Under the pieces are notes generated by a model. The model was not told the origin of the DNA. It made no database searches and saw nothing but the letters and a program-made list of their open reading frames with translations. A DNA stretch of 64,000 bases. Source: an uncultured bacterium. Lineage in GTDB: Bacteria; Krumholzibacteriota; Krumholzibacteriia; LZORAL124-64-63. The stretch is from assembly GCA_963727525.1 (NCBI GenBank), contig CAVSGO010000006.1, positions 96,001 to 160,000 on the forward strand. The letters run 5' to 3'. Positions within the stretch are counted from its first letter, which is position 1. Each line of letters begins with the position of its first letter. The translations under genes were made by a program, and so were the position numbers. Shown piece by piece: positions 19,280-29,442 of this stretch.

Positions 19280-19441
19280 TTCGCAGTACCATCCGCGATC
19301 TTCGAGCCGCGGGGACTGCTCGGGCAGCTCTTCCGGTATGCGCTGTGGCCGGTCCATCGGTACGTCTTCGCGGGCAGGTTGCGCGAGATCGCCGCCAGTG
19401 CGGCGATCTCGTCGCTCCTGATCTTGACGTACCGCTCGTGA
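19280..19441 (+). pseudogene. Orphan fragment resembling the C-terminus of DUF2867/YbjT-type proteins
   Basis: Start-less frame reads SAIFEPRGLLGQLFRYALWPVHRYVFAGRLREIA, matching the recalled pattern AxFxPxGLxGxxYWYxxxPxHxxxFxGMxxxI. Confidence 0.6.
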
Positions 19442-19555
19442 CCGGATAAGATCATCCCATGATCCATTGCTAACGCCTAGTTCGGGCAACGTCATCGCCG
19501 TGCGAATCGAGTTCGCGATCCCTGCGACGCGGTGACCAGATCGGGAGGTGTGGCA

Positions 19556-20281
19556 TTGGATCGTCCATCGGTTTCGTATCTTTTCCCCCTCTTCGCATGG
19601 ATCGCGTGCCTGGCCGTTGCGGGTGCTGGTTCGGCGTCCCCTTACCAGGAGATCGGCGGTGAGCCGCCGCCGCCGCAACCGCCGGCCTCGGTGCCGGCGG
19701 AAGAGGTGTCGCCGGTCTCGCTCGATCCGTTGGTCGAGATTCTCGGCGGCGTGCAGACCTTCATGGACGAGGATCTGGCGGATACCTACAGCGTGCTGCC
19801 GTCGATCGGGGCGGGCATGAGCTGGCGGCTCGGCGCCTCGTCCCGCGTTCGCGTGACAGCGGCCTATGCCCAGGCCGATGGCGACCCCTACTACGCCACG
19901 CCCGAGTTCGACGGGCCGTCGTCGCGGGTGCGAGTCGTGCCGGTCACCGTTGGTGTGAGCACCGACCTGAATCCGCGCGGTTCGCTGCACCTCGACGTGG
20001 GGTGCGCATTCCAGACGGCCTGGATGGAGGAGCATGTGCCTCTCGCGGATGGTTTCGCCTACGCATCCGGCGTGCTGTTCGGCCTCGATTTCACGGGTGG
20101 GCACCGGTGGAGCCTGGATCGCGGGCGCAAGTCCGTGAGCCTGGAACTGGGCTGGGGCGGAACGGGTGGTCGGGTGCGCGCGCACGGCGACCACTATGAC
20201 GCCGATCTGCGCGGTTTCCACGCGCGCATCGTCTATGCGTTCCGCCTGCACGACGGCCGTGCCTTCGGGGAGGTGCAGTGA
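19556..20281 (+). CDS. Small outer-membrane beta-barrel-like protein
   Basis: GGAGG then TTG (alternative GTG 19532/19550); signal peptide, Pro-rich linker, about 8 amphipathic strands ending ARIVYAF. Confidence 0.65.
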   Translation: MDRPSVSYLFPLFAWIACLAVAGAGSASPYQEIGGEPPPPQPPASVPAEEVSPVSLDPLVEILGGVQTFMDEDLADTYSVLPSIGAGMSWRLGASSRVRVTAAYAQADGDPYYATPEFDGPSSRVRVVPVTVGVSTDLNPRGSLHLDVGCAFQTAWMEEHVPLADGFAYASGVLFGLDFTGGHRWSLDRGRKSVSLELGWGGTGGRVRAHGDHYDADLRGFHARIVYAFRLHDGRAFGEVQ

Positions 20282-21327
20282 TGCGTACGCAGGGAGGGAA
20301 TCGTGCCGGCGTCCTGGCCGCGTTGATCATGCTCACCGCGCTGGGGCCAGGGGCGGCGCGCGCCGACGGTTTGATGATGCCGCCCATCGGCTATGCGCTC
20401 TACGAGTACGAGCAGCTGGCCTTCCTCGACTGGGATGCGACGGATAGCACCGAGACGCTCGCCATCATGCCCGCGTTCCGCGGCGATGCCCGCAACTTCG
20501 CCTGGGTGATCCCCGTGCCGGCCGTGCCGCAGGTGGCTGAGGGCACGCGCGGGCTCTTCGACGAGATGCTGGCGTTCACGTCGCCCGAGTACCGCGCGCG
20601 CGGCAAGGGTTGGAACTGTGAGGATCGGACGTACGACCTGGTCGACGCGGCCGCCGGCGGAGTGGAGGTCGTCCAGCACGATCTCGTCGGCATCTACGAC
20701 GTCGCGGTCTTCACCGCCAGCGACGCCACGGCGCTCGCCGACACGCTCACCACGCTCGGCTACCTGCACGCGGACAACCACGACGCCGTGGTGCCGCTTC
20801 TCGACGACTACGTGGCGCGCGATTGGGCCTTCGTGGCGATGTTCGTCGACAGCACCGCCGTCAACGACGTGTATCATGACGACGGTTATTTCTACGGCGG
20901 TCTGCAACCCATCGTGCTGACGTTCGCGAGCGATGCCCCCGTGTTCCCGCTGCGCGTCTCGGCCGCGAGCGCGGACCTGAGCACGCGGATCATGCTCTTC
21001 ACGGCGGCGGATCACCGGATGACGTTCGAGGGCGCCACGGCCACCTACGCCAATCGCTTCGGCGACGCCGAGTACGCGGCGCTATCGCGAAAGTATCCCA
21101 CGACAGCGGCGCGCCTGGCGCCCGGCCGTTTCCTCACGCGCCTCGATCGCCGGCTCGCGCCGGATGCCATGGATCACGATCTCGTCATCGTGCGCGCCGA
21201 TACCGACGACGAGTTCCGGCCCATCGACTACGGCCGGGTGCCGTTCTTCGGCCTGTTCGTCGGAGGGTGGGCCCTCGCGTGGGCGACGTGGCGGCTGCGC
21301 CGGTGGCGGCAGGCGGCCCGGGCGTGA
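20278..21327 (+). CDS. DUF2330-like secreted, membrane-anchored protein
   Basis: FAWVIPVPAVP, LFDEM..T.P, VGIYDVAV, YVARDWAFVA, LQPI.LTF....VFPLR; C-terminal TM followed by basic residues. Confidence 0.8.
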   Translation: MMRTQGGNRAGVLAALIMLTALGPGAARADGLMMPPIGYALYEYEQLAFLDWDATDSTETLAIMPAFRGDARNFAWVIPVPAVPQVAEGTRGLFDEMLAFTSPEYRARGKGWNCEDRTYDLVDAAAGGVEVVQHDLVGIYDVAVFTASDATALADTLTTLGYLHADNHDAVVPLLDDYVARDWAFVAMFVDSTAVNDVYHDDGYFYGGLQPIVLTFASDAPVFPLRVSAASADLSTRIMLFTAADHRMTFEGATATYANRFGDAEYAALSRKYPTTAARLAPGRFLTRLDRRLAPDAMDHDLVIVRADTDDEFRPIDYGRVPFFGLFVGGWALAWATWRLRRWRQAARA

Positions 21328-21379
21328 TATGCTTGGTGCGCTATATTGACGTTTCGATCGATCATGGACCCCGAAGAAG

Positions 21380-23419
21380 GTGGCGGCCCCGGTGCGTATT
21401 CTCGCCCTCACCGCGATTCCCCTCGTGCTGGCGCTCGCCGCGGCGGCTGCGGCAGCGGAGCGCCACGTGGGGACCGGCCAGCCCTACGCCACCATCCAGG
21501 CCGCCGTCGACGCGGCGGCCGACGGTGACGCCGTCATCGTCCATGACGGCACCTATGCGGAGCACGTGATCGTCGACCGGCGCCTCTCGCTGCGCTCCCT
21601 CGACTTCATCGACCACGGCGAGAACGACGGCGCCGTGATCGATGGCGGCGGCGAGGCGGCCTACGCCGTGCTCGTCGTGGCCGACGGTGTCACGGTGGAG
21701 GGATTCACACTGTACGGGGCCACGGGTCTCGCCGACTTCGCCTTCTACGCGAGCATCGGCGTCGTCGGCGCCGCGAATGCCACGATCGCCCACAACCGCA
21801 GCGGCACGAGTTACCAGCAGACCAGCGATATCGGCATCGCGGCCAGGTACGCGGATGGACTGGTGATCACCGGCAACGAGCCGGCTTACGGTACCAACGG
21901 GATCTGGCTCGAGGACTGCCGAGGCGCCACCATCACGGCGAACGAGCCGCACCATTTCATCAGCGATCCGGCGGGTGCGGGCATCGCGCTGGCCGGCGCG
22001 GATGTGAAGGACGTGTCGTCGGCGTCGCACAACCGTATCGCCGGCAACCACGTGCACAACTGCAACCTCGGGATCTACCTGGCGCTGAACGCCACGAACA
22101 ACGTCATCGCCGACAACCTCGTCGAGAACGGCTTCGTGGGCATCTACGCGAAGGACGGTAGCCACTACAACGTGATCAGCGGCAACACCGTGCGTGGCTG
22201 CAACGGGCGCGGCATCGAGGTGAACAACGCCGACGCGTGCACGCTGGTGGGCAACCTGCTGGAAGACGACATCACCGGCATCTGGCTCGGCTACCTCGAT
22301 CCCGTGGACAATGGCGCCGATCGCTGCCTCGTGGTGGGCAACACGTTCACGCAGAACACGACCGCCGGGCTGCGCGTCTCGTCGCACTCGCTCGACACCC
22401 GCGTCTTTCTGAACGCCTTCGTCACGAACACGCACCACGTGCGTTCCGAGGGCGCCGAATGGGCGACGGCGATGCCGGTGTCGTATGTCCATGGCGGCGT
22501 GGACCACGCCGGCCAGCTCGGCAACGCCTACGACACGTACGGCGGTGCCGACCTCGACGGCGACGGCGTCGGCGACACCGACCTGCCCTTTCGTGACGGC
22601 GACGCCATCTACGGCCCGTTCGAGAATCACCCGCTCGTGGACGACCCGACCGCCTACGCGCTCCAGGCCTGGTTCCTCGACGGCGGCGCCGTGCCGCTCA
22701 TGCACCACGCCGACCCCGCGCGCGAGATTGGCGAACGCGTGCTCCCGGCCGGCGAGGCGGCCACCTGGCTCTCGGCCATTGTGGCCGCGGATGACCTCGA
22801 CTACGCGTCCGGCGCCTGGGCGGGCGATCTGCGCTTCGCCGCGCTGCCGGTGGACGGCGATCTGCTTGTGGAAGTGGGCACGGCGAGCGGAGCGGGCGAT
22901 TTCATGGCGAGCGGGGCCGAGGCAGCCGTCGCGGCGGATGCCTGGGACGCGAACTTCACGACGTCCGCAGCGCCGGTGGCGGTGCCGGTCGGCGCGCACC
23001 TCGCGCTGCGGATCACGAACCGCAGTCCCGTGGCTTGCGCCATCCTCGTCGGCGGGGCCGCGAGCCTCGTGTCGAGCCCCGGTCTCGATGATCCGGTGTG
23101 GCCCGGTGGCACCATCGCCGTGCCCGACACGCCCAGGGCGGGTGCGCGCCTCGCCCAGAATCGTCCCAACCCCTTCAACCCGAGCACGACCATCGCCTTC
23201 GCGCTGGCGAGCCCGGCGCAGGTGGACCTGCTGGTCTACGACCTCGCCGGTCGTCTCGTGCGCACCTTGTTGCGCGGGACCGACCTCGGCGGGGGAGAGC
23301 ACGCTGTTGTCTGGACCGGCGAAGACGACCACGGCCACGCCATGGCGTCGGGTGCCTACCTCTATCGGCTCGTCACGCCGGATGGTGCGATCGCGCGGTG
23401 CATGCTGCTCGTCCGCTAG
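21380..23419 (+). CDS. NosD/CASH-like right-handed beta-helix protein with FlgD-like CTD
   Basis: YATIQAAVD..DG..YAE, N.I.GN...N..GI.L repeats, GNAYDTYGGADLDGDGVGD, QNRPNPFNP. Confidence 0.88.
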   Translation: MAAPVRILALTAIPLVLALAAAAAAAERHVGTGQPYATIQAAVDAAADGDAVIVHDGTYAEHVIVDRRLSLRSLDFIDHGENDGAVIDGGGEAAYAVLVVADGVTVEGFTLYGATGLADFAFYASIGVVGAANATIAHNRSGTSYQQTSDIGIAARYADGLVITGNEPAYGTNGIWLEDCRGATITANEPHHFISDPAGAGIALAGADVKDVSSASHNRIAGNHVHNCNLGIYLALNATNNVIADNLVENGFVGIYAKDGSHYNVISGNTVRGCNGRGIEVNNADACTLVGNLLEDDITGIWLGYLDPVDNGADRCLVVGNTFTQNTTAGLRVSSHSLDTRVFLNAFVTNTHHVRSEGAEWATAMPVSYVHGGVDHAGQLGNAYDTYGGADLDGDGVGDTDLPFRDGDAIYGPFENHPLVDDPTAYALQAWFLDGGAVPLMHHADPAREIGERVLPAGEAATWLSAIVAADDLDYASGAWAGDLRFAALPVDGDLLVEVGTASGAGDFMASGAEAAVAADAWDANFTTSAAPVAVPVGAHLALRITNRSPVACAILVGGAASLVSSPGLDDPVWPGGTIAVPDTPRAGARLAQNRPNPFNPSTTIAFALASPAQVDLLVYDLAGRLVRTLLRGTDLGGGEHAVVWTGEDDHGHAMASGAYLYRLVTPDGAIARCMLLVR

Positions 23420-23832
23420 GCCGGACGCCGGTTCCGACGCGCGTCGAGGCTCCAGGGTCCCGCGCCGGCGGCCGAGAAATAGAGCCACACGAAGCAGTAG
23501 ATGATCGCCGCGATGCCGTTGTTCACCGTGGGCCACAGGCTCTGCGGCGCGTGGAACTGCCAGTAGGCGATAGCCATCTCGCCCGCCAGCAGGAACGCCA
23601 CGGGCCGCGTGAACAGCCCCAGCACCAGCAGAAACCCGCCGAAGACCTCGAGCACACCGCCGAACCAGATCTGGGTGAACGCCGTGGCCGTGGTGCCGTT
23701 GGGCGGCATGCCGACAGGGATGGCGAAGAGCTTCATGGCGCCGGGCATCATGAATACGAAACCAGCGACAATGCGCAGGATACTCTGGAAGAAGGGGCCC
23801 CAGCTGGCCCAGCGGGCGACGATGGTGGGCAT
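23416..23832 (-). CDS. DoxX family membrane protein
   Basis: LRIVAG..F...G..KLF, EVFGG.LLVLGLFTRP.AFLLAGEMAIAY, GAGPWSLD. Confidence 0.9.
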   Translation of the reverse strand: MPTIVARWASWGPFFQSILRIVAGFVFMMPGAMKLFAIPVGMPPNGTTATAFTQIWFGGVLEVFGGFLLVLGLFTRPVAFLLAGEMAIAYWQFHAPQSLWPTVNNGIAAIIYCFVWLYFSAAGAGPWSLDARRNRRPA

Positions 23833-24012
23833 GGGTCGGACCTCGGAGATCGGGTGATGCGATCCTGTGCCGCCACGAGTCGTGCCGGCGCCACTCCCGA
23901 CAGATAGGCATGAATAGCGGTGATCGCCGCTGCCGCACGGTTGCGAACCTGCCGGGTTGCGGTTGATCTGTTCAAGAACCGAACGATCGACGACACGAGC
24001 CCCGAGGCGCCC

Positions 24013-25302
24013 ATGCCACGCCGTCGCCACATCTCTCGAGCCGCTGTCTCGCTCGTCGTGCTGGGGCTTGCGCTCGCCCTGGGCGGCTGCCGCGACGGTG
24101 GCCCGCATCCGCTGGTCTTCAGCGTGGGCGGTGCCCCCGCCGAGGTGGCGGTGTGGGAGCAGGTGGCGCAGGCCTTTACCGACAGCACCGATATCCCCGT
24201 GGAGATCCTGCGCCAGCCGGCCAACACGTCGCAGCAGCGGCAGGCGCTGATCGTGTCGCTGGGGGCCGGGCTCCCCGATCCGGACGTGTTCCTCATGGAC
24301 GTGGCGTGGGTCGCCCTCTTCGCCGACGCGCACTGGCTGCACCCCATCGCTGCCGACACCGCCGCATTCTTCTCCAGCGTGCTCGACGCCGTCGATCGCC
24401 GCGGGGACGATCTCGTGGCCCTGCCCGTCTACCTCGACGCAGGGCTGCTCTATTACCGCCGTGATCTGCTCGCGCAGGCCGGCATCGCGGAACCGCCCGC
24501 CACCTTCGCGGCACTCCGCGATGACGTGCGGCGCGTGCGCGACGCCGGGCATCCTCACATCGGCGGCTACGTGTGGCAGGGCGCGCAGTACGAGGGGCTG
24601 GTCGTGAACTTCCTCGAGTTCGCCGGCCGCGCTGGCGGTCTCGTGGCCGAGGACGGCGGCTGGCGCGTCGATCTGCCCGCCAACCGGCAGGCCCTGCAAC
24701 TCATGCGCGACCTCGTGACCAGCGGCGTATCGCCTGCGTCCACCACCAGCGAGATGCGCGAGGAGGAAGTGCGTGCGGCGTTCCAGCACGGCGACGCGGT
24801 CTTCGAGCGCAACTGGCCCTATGCCTGGGCGCTCCATCAACAGGAAGGCTCGCCCGTGCGCGGCGGGGTGGCCGTGGCGTCGCTGCCCGGCCCTTCCGCG
24901 GACACCGCCACCACCGTGCTGGGCGGCTGGCACGCCGGCATCTCGCGTTTCAGCGACCGTGCGGACGACGCCGCGCGCTTCGTGGCGTTCATCACGTCGC
25001 GCGCGGTGCAGACGCGGCTCGTCCGCACGCTCGGCTGGAATCCCGGCCGCCGCGATCTCTACGACGACGCCGAGCTGCAGCACGCCATCCCGCATCTCGC
25101 CACGCTGGCGCGCGTGATTGCGCACGCGACGCCGCGGCCCACGGTCCCCTACTACCCTCAGATGTCGGCGATCCTGCAGCGCCATCTCAGCGCGGCCATC
25201 AGCGGACGCGCCGCGCCGGCGGATGCGCTGCGCGCCGCCCAGGCGGAGCTGGACGCGCTCGCCCGATACTACCAGGCTTCGGAGGGGCGCGATGTCCCGT
25301 GA
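24013..25302 (+). CDS. Sugar ABC transporter substrate-binding lipoprotein (trehalose/maltose-like)
   Basis: Lipobox LGG-C; PDVFLMDVAW, GLLYYRRDLL, QGAQYEGL, FERNWPYAW, LGGW. Confidence 0.9.
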   Translation: MPRRRHISRAAVSLVVLGLALALGGCRDGGPHPLVFSVGGAPAEVAVWEQVAQAFTDSTDIPVEILRQPANTSQQRQALIVSLGAGLPDPDVFLMDVAWVALFADAHWLHPIAADTAAFFSSVLDAVDRRGDDLVALPVYLDAGLLYYRRDLLAQAGIAEPPATFAALRDDVRRVRDAGHPHIGGYVWQGAQYEGLVVNFLEFAGRAGGLVAEDGGWRVDLPANRQALQLMRDLVTSGVSPASTTSEMREEEVRAAFQHGDAVFERNWPYAWALHQQEGSPVRGGVAVASLPGPSADTATTVLGGWHAGISRFSDRADDAARFVAFITSRAVQTRLVRTLGWNPGRRDLYDDAELQHAIPHLATLARVIAHATPRPTVPYYPQMSAILQRHLSAAISGRAAPADALRAAQAELDALARYYQASEGRDVP

Positions 25303-26176
25303 TCGCCACGCGCGTACCTGGTGGACCGCGGCACCGTACCTGGCGCCGCTGCTGCTGCTCGTCGGCGCGCTCATCCTGGTGCCCGTGATCGGTACGATCG
25401 TGCAGAGCTTGCATCGCGACGTGGTGTTCCTGCCGCGGCGTTTCGTGGGGCTGACGAATTACGCGCGCCTGCTGCACGATCCCGCCTTCTGGCAGGCGGC
25501 ACGCTTCACGCTGGGCTTCGCGCTGGTCACGGTGCCGCTGGAACTGGTGATCGGGCTGACCATCGCCCTCGTGCTCCGCGAGGCGTTTCCTGGCCGCGGT
25601 TTGCTGCGCGCGGTGGCATTGATCCCGTGGGCGATCCCCGCGGCGGTGTCGGGCCGCGTGTTCGAACTGATCGCGCGCAGCGAGCACGGCGCGGCCACAT
25701 GGCTGGCACAGGCGCTCGGGCTGGCCCACGGTGCCGTGCCCTGGCTGGGTTCGGCGCCCGGAGCCTTCGGCGCCCTCGTGGTGGCCGATGTTTGGAAGAC
25801 GGCACCCTTCGTGGCGATCATCCTGCTCGCCGGCCTCGCCCATATTCCGGATGACCTCTACGCTCAGGCGCGCGTCGACGGCGCCGGCCTCTGGCGTCGG
25901 TTCACGCACATCACGCTGCCGCTGCTGCGGCCGGTGGTCGTGGTGGCGTGCCTCTTCCGCGCGATCGAGGCGCTGCGCGTGTTCGACATCGTGTACGTGC
26001 TCACCGGGGGCGGGCCCGGGGGCGCCACGTCGTCGCTCTCGCTGCTGGCGTACGACCACTTCAGCGCCGGCGACCCCGGCTATGGCGCCACGGCCAGCAC
26101 GGTGCTCTTCCTGCTCACCTTCGCTCTGGCCCTGGCGATGGTGACGCTCGGACGCTTCGGGGAGGAGCTGCAATGA
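25292..26176 (+). CDS. Sugar ABC transporter permease (MalF-like)
   Basis: FVGLTNY, IPWAIP, DVWKTAPF, EAA-like LYAQARVDGA, LTGGGPG. Confidence 0.92.
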   Translation: MSRDRHARTWWTAAPYLAPLLLLVGALILVPVIGTIVQSLHRDVVFLPRRFVGLTNYARLLHDPAFWQAARFTLGFALVTVPLELVIGLTIALVLREAFPGRGLLRAVALIPWAIPAAVSGRVFELIARSEHGAATWLAQALGLAHGAVPWLGSAPGAFGALVVADVWKTAPFVAIILLAGLAHIPDDLYAQARVDGAGLWRRFTHITLPLLRPVVVVACLFRAIEALRVFDIVYVLTGGGPGGATSSLSLLAYDHFSAGDPGYGATASTVLFLLTFALALAMVTLGRFGEELQ

Positions 26177-27003
26177 GCGAGACTCGTGTCCAGCGGCTCC
26201 TGCTCGGTGTCGGCATCGTGGGAACGCTCGTGTTCTGCCTCGCGCCGGTCGTGGTGATGGTGGCCACCGGCCTGGCCCGCGATCCCGACTTCCTGCGGCC
26301 CGACGTCGCCTTCGCGCCCACGCTCGCCCACGTGTACGCTGTGCTCACCGCACCCACCACGCACTTCCCCGCGTACCTGCGCAACAGCCTCATCGTGGCC
26401 GCCCTGAGCGCGGTGATCGCCGTGGGCATCGGCTCGCTGGCCGCGTACGCGCTCACCCGTCTTCCGCTGCCTGGCAAGGCGGCACTCATGGTGGGCGTGC
26501 TCGCGCTCTCGATGTTCCCGCCGGTGAGTCTGCTCGGATTCCTCTTCCGGCTCATGGCGCGACTGGGCTGGATTGATACGCTGCAGGCGCTCGTGCTGCC
26601 CTACGCGGCGTGGACGTTGCCCCTCGCGTTGTGGATTCTGGTGAGCTACTTCTCGCGCATCCCGCGCGACCTCGACGAGGCCGCGCGCGTGGACGGCTGC
26701 TCGCACCTGCAGATCCTGCGCCGGATCGTGCTGCCGCTCGCGGCGCCGGGCCTGGTGTCCACCTTCCTGCTGGCTTTCATCTTCGCCTTCAACGAGTTCC
26801 TCTTCGCCCTCATGCTCACCACCGACGAGGCGGCGCGCACCCTCCCCGTCGGCATCGCGCTCTTCGAGGGGTTGCACGGCCAGGTGCCGTGGGGCGAGAT
26901 CATGGCCGCCGCCACGGTGACGACGATCCCGGTGGTGGTGATCACGCTCGTGTTCCAGCGCCGGATCGTGCAGGGACTCACGCGGGGCGCGGTGAAGTCC
27001 TAG
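26173..27003 (+). CDS. Sugar ABC transporter permease (MalG-like)
   Basis: YLRNSLIVA, IPRDLDEAARVDG, NEFLFAL, FQRRIVQGLT.GAVK. Confidence 0.93.
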   Translation: MSETRVQRLLLGVGIVGTLVFCLAPVVVMVATGLARDPDFLRPDVAFAPTLAHVYAVLTAPTTHFPAYLRNSLIVAALSAVIAVGIGSLAAYALTRLPLPGKAALMVGVLALSMFPPVSLLGFLFRLMARLGWIDTLQALVLPYAAWTLPLALWILVSYFSRIPRDLDEAARVDGCSHLQILRRIVLPLAAPGLVSTFLLAFIFAFNEFLFALMLTTDEAARTLPVGIALFEGLHGQVPWGEIMAAATVTTIPVVVITLVFQRRIVQGLTRGAVKS

Positions 27004-27235
27004 GCCGTCCCAGATACATGATAATCCCTATCTACTATTGTTGTTGATCCCGGGCCCCGGCCGTGGTACGGTTGCTTTCGTATCGAAAACATCCGCTTTT
27101 GCCGCGCCAGGAGCGCGGATCGAGCGCGACGGGCATACGACCCGTGATTCCGATACCGGGGGGGCAAGACCGGAGGTCGGGCACGCAGGTGCCGGAACCG
27201 GTCTGGCCAATCACCTTGACCCCGGGAGACGGACC

Positions 27236-29425
27236 ATGGCCCGTATTCGCTCCTTACTCGTCGTTGGCATCGCGCTCGGTGCGATGTCCTTGCAAGCCAG
27301 CACTTTCGAATTCCAGTGGGCCCAGCCGCGCCCCACCGGCAACTTGCTCACGGGCTGCAGCTTCGCCGATGCCATGCACGGGCTGTGCGTGGGTGAGTTC
27401 GGTACCGTCCTGCACACGGATGACGGCGGCACCTCGTGGACGCTCGTTCCCGGTACGTGGACCGTCCTGCCGCAACTCTCCGACGTCCTCATGCTCGATG
27501 CCCTCACCGCCATCGCCGTGGGCGAGGGCGAGCGCCTCTACCGCAGCACCGACGGCGGTGCGACGTGGACACCAGTGAGTGCGCCAGGCGGGCTGCCGCT
27601 GGACGACATCGCACGCGCCGGCACTGATCTGGTGGTCGTGGGCGCGGGCGGCACGGTCCTGCGCTCGAGCGACGACGGTCTGACGTGGACGGCGATGCCG
27701 TTCAGCGGCGACGACCATCTCACGCGCTCGTACTGGCTCGACGGTCAGCGAGGCTTCGTGGTGTCGGGCACTTTCCAGGAGCTCGGTACCGTGGTTGCCC
27801 GCACCGTGGACGGTGGGTCGACCTGGACCCCGCTCGTCGGGGTTCTGCCGCACACGGCGCGCAACGTCGCTTTCCTCGACGACACCACCGGATTCGTGCT
27901 CACCGACGGCGACACGTACCGCAGCGACGACGGCGGTGCCACGTGGACCAACCTCGGCCTCTACTTCCAGTCCTACGCGAACAACCTCGTGTTCCTCGAC
28001 GACCAGACGTGGCTGGTGAGCGCGTTCGGGGAAGGCGCGGTCATCGACCGCACAGTGGATGCGGGCGCGGAGTTCTCGATCGCGTTCTACGACCTCGCCC
28101 TGCAGGGGGTCACGACGCTGCAGCAGATCCCGGGGGGGCGCGTGGTGGCCACGCTGCCCAACGGCGGCGTCGTCACCAGCGATGACGACGGACTGACGTG
28201 GACCGTGCGCGTCGACGACGCTGCGGACGGGCGCTGGCCGACGCTGCGGACCGTGCGCATGACCGAAGGTGGACGCGCTTATGCCGGCGCCGACACCACC
28301 CAGGGTCCGAACAGCCCGCAGCTCTGGCTCGAGAGCGGAGACCATGGCCGGACGTGGCACCAGAGCGCCACGCCGCCGCCTCTGACGCGGTTCCGCGACA
28401 TCCTCTGCGTGTCCAATCAGCACACGCTCGTGAGCGGTACGGTGGGATGGAGCGACCCGGTGATTGCGCGCACGGTCGATGGTGGGCTCACCTGGGGTCT
28501 GAGCACGCTGCCGCCGGGTGACGGGCCGATGACCCTCGCGCTCGCGGGCCCGTCGCGCGTCTTCGTGACGGCGTTATTCGGGTCGAACGGTGGTACCCAC
28601 GTCTATCGCAGCGACGACGGCGGTGCCACCTGGCAAGACGCCAGCATCGGCCTGGCACCGAACCAGGCCTATCTCGGTATCTCGTTCGTCGATGCCGACC
28701 ACGGCTTCGTGTCCGGCGGATTCGCGAGCGGCGTGGTCTCCAGAACCGCCGACGGAGGTGACACCTGGCAGTCCCTGCCCAGCAGCGGACTCGGTGGATA
28801 CGCGCGCTGGTTGTGGTTCGCCGACGAGCAGATCGGCCTCGCGTCGTGCGGCGACGGTATCTACCGCACCGAGGACGGCGGCATGTCGTGGACACTCGTG
28901 CAGGCGGCGAACTACGGCAGCCCGCTCGCGGTGGACCCGAGTGGGCGCGGGTTCGCGCTCGACGGGTTCGACGGCACCCTCTTCACCACCGGCGACGCTG
29001 GACTCACCTGGGAGACGGCTCCCCTGCCGTGGCGTGGGGGCGCGGATGTCGCCGTCGCGGGCACGGACTTCGTGGTGGTGGGCGAGTACGCGAGCATTCT
29101 GCACGGGGAGGTGCTCGGCGCGACGGCGGTCGACCCGTTGCCGGCACCAGGGGCCGTGTCCCTGCGCGCCGCACCCAACCCTTTCAATCCGCGCGTCGAG
29201 CTGCAGCTCGCGATCCCGCGCGACGGCCAGGTGCGTGTCGATATCTTCGATGCGCGCGGCCGGCGCGTGCGCGCGCTTGCGATCGGCGAGGTGACCGCCG
29301 GTACCCACACCTGGACCTGGAACGGCCAGGACGACGCGGGGCGCGCCCTGCCGTCCGGGCTCTACCTCGCACGCGCCACCGGCCTGGCCGGCTCGGCGTC
29401 CACCAAGCTGACGCTGGTCCGCTAA
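27236..29425 (+). CDS. YCF48/BNR (Asp-box) beta-propeller secreted protein with FlgD-like CTD, paralog 1
   Basis: Signal peptide; many [ST].DGG.[TS]W Asp-boxes; APNPFNP...TKLTLVR. Confidence 0.9.
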   Translation: MARIRSLLVVGIALGAMSLQASTFEFQWAQPRPTGNLLTGCSFADAMHGLCVGEFGTVLHTDDGGTSWTLVPGTWTVLPQLSDVLMLDALTAIAVGEGERLYRSTDGGATWTPVSAPGGLPLDDIARAGTDLVVVGAGGTVLRSSDDGLTWTAMPFSGDDHLTRSYWLDGQRGFVVSGTFQELGTVVARTVDGGSTWTPLVGVLPHTARNVAFLDDTTGFVLTDGDTYRSDDGGATWTNLGLYFQSYANNLVFLDDQTWLVSAFGEGAVIDRTVDAGAEFSIAFYDLALQGVTTLQQIPGGRVVATLPNGGVVTSDDDGLTWTVRVDDAADGRWPTLRTVRMTEGGRAYAGADTTQGPNSPQLWLESGDHGRTWHQSATPPPLTRFRDILCVSNQHTLVSGTVGWSDPVIARTVDGGLTWGLSTLPPGDGPMTLALAGPSRVFVTALFGSNGGTHVYRSDDGGATWQDASIGLAPNQAYLGISFVDADHGFVSGGFASGVVSRTADGGDTWQSLPSSGLGGYARWLWFADEQIGLASCGDGIYRTEDGGMSWTLVQAANYGSPLAVDPSGRGFALDGFDGTLFTTGDAGLTWETAPLPWRGGADVAVAGTDFVVVGEYASILHGEVLGATAVDPLPAPGAVSLRAAPNPFNPRVELQLAIPRDGQVRVDIFDARGRRVRALAIGEVTAGTHTWTWNGQDDAGRALPSGLYLARATGLAGSASTKLTLVR

Positions 29426-29442
29426 CCCGAGGAGGTTCGACC

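Noticed and set aside
19268-19441. Selenocysteine or readthrough at the TGA of the 18329 gene
   Set aside because: The CTD ends normally at KLTMLK like its paralogs; the downstream frame is better explained as an unrelated gene remnant.
27155-27205. c-di-GMP-I riboswitch-like ggcaa...acgca stretch
   Set aside because: It lacks the GNRA loop and the GCAAA/receptor elements.
28813-29442. Extension of the second propeller ORF to 938 aa
   Set aside because: It overlaps paralog 1; a GGAGG RBS and signal peptide define the start at 29443.
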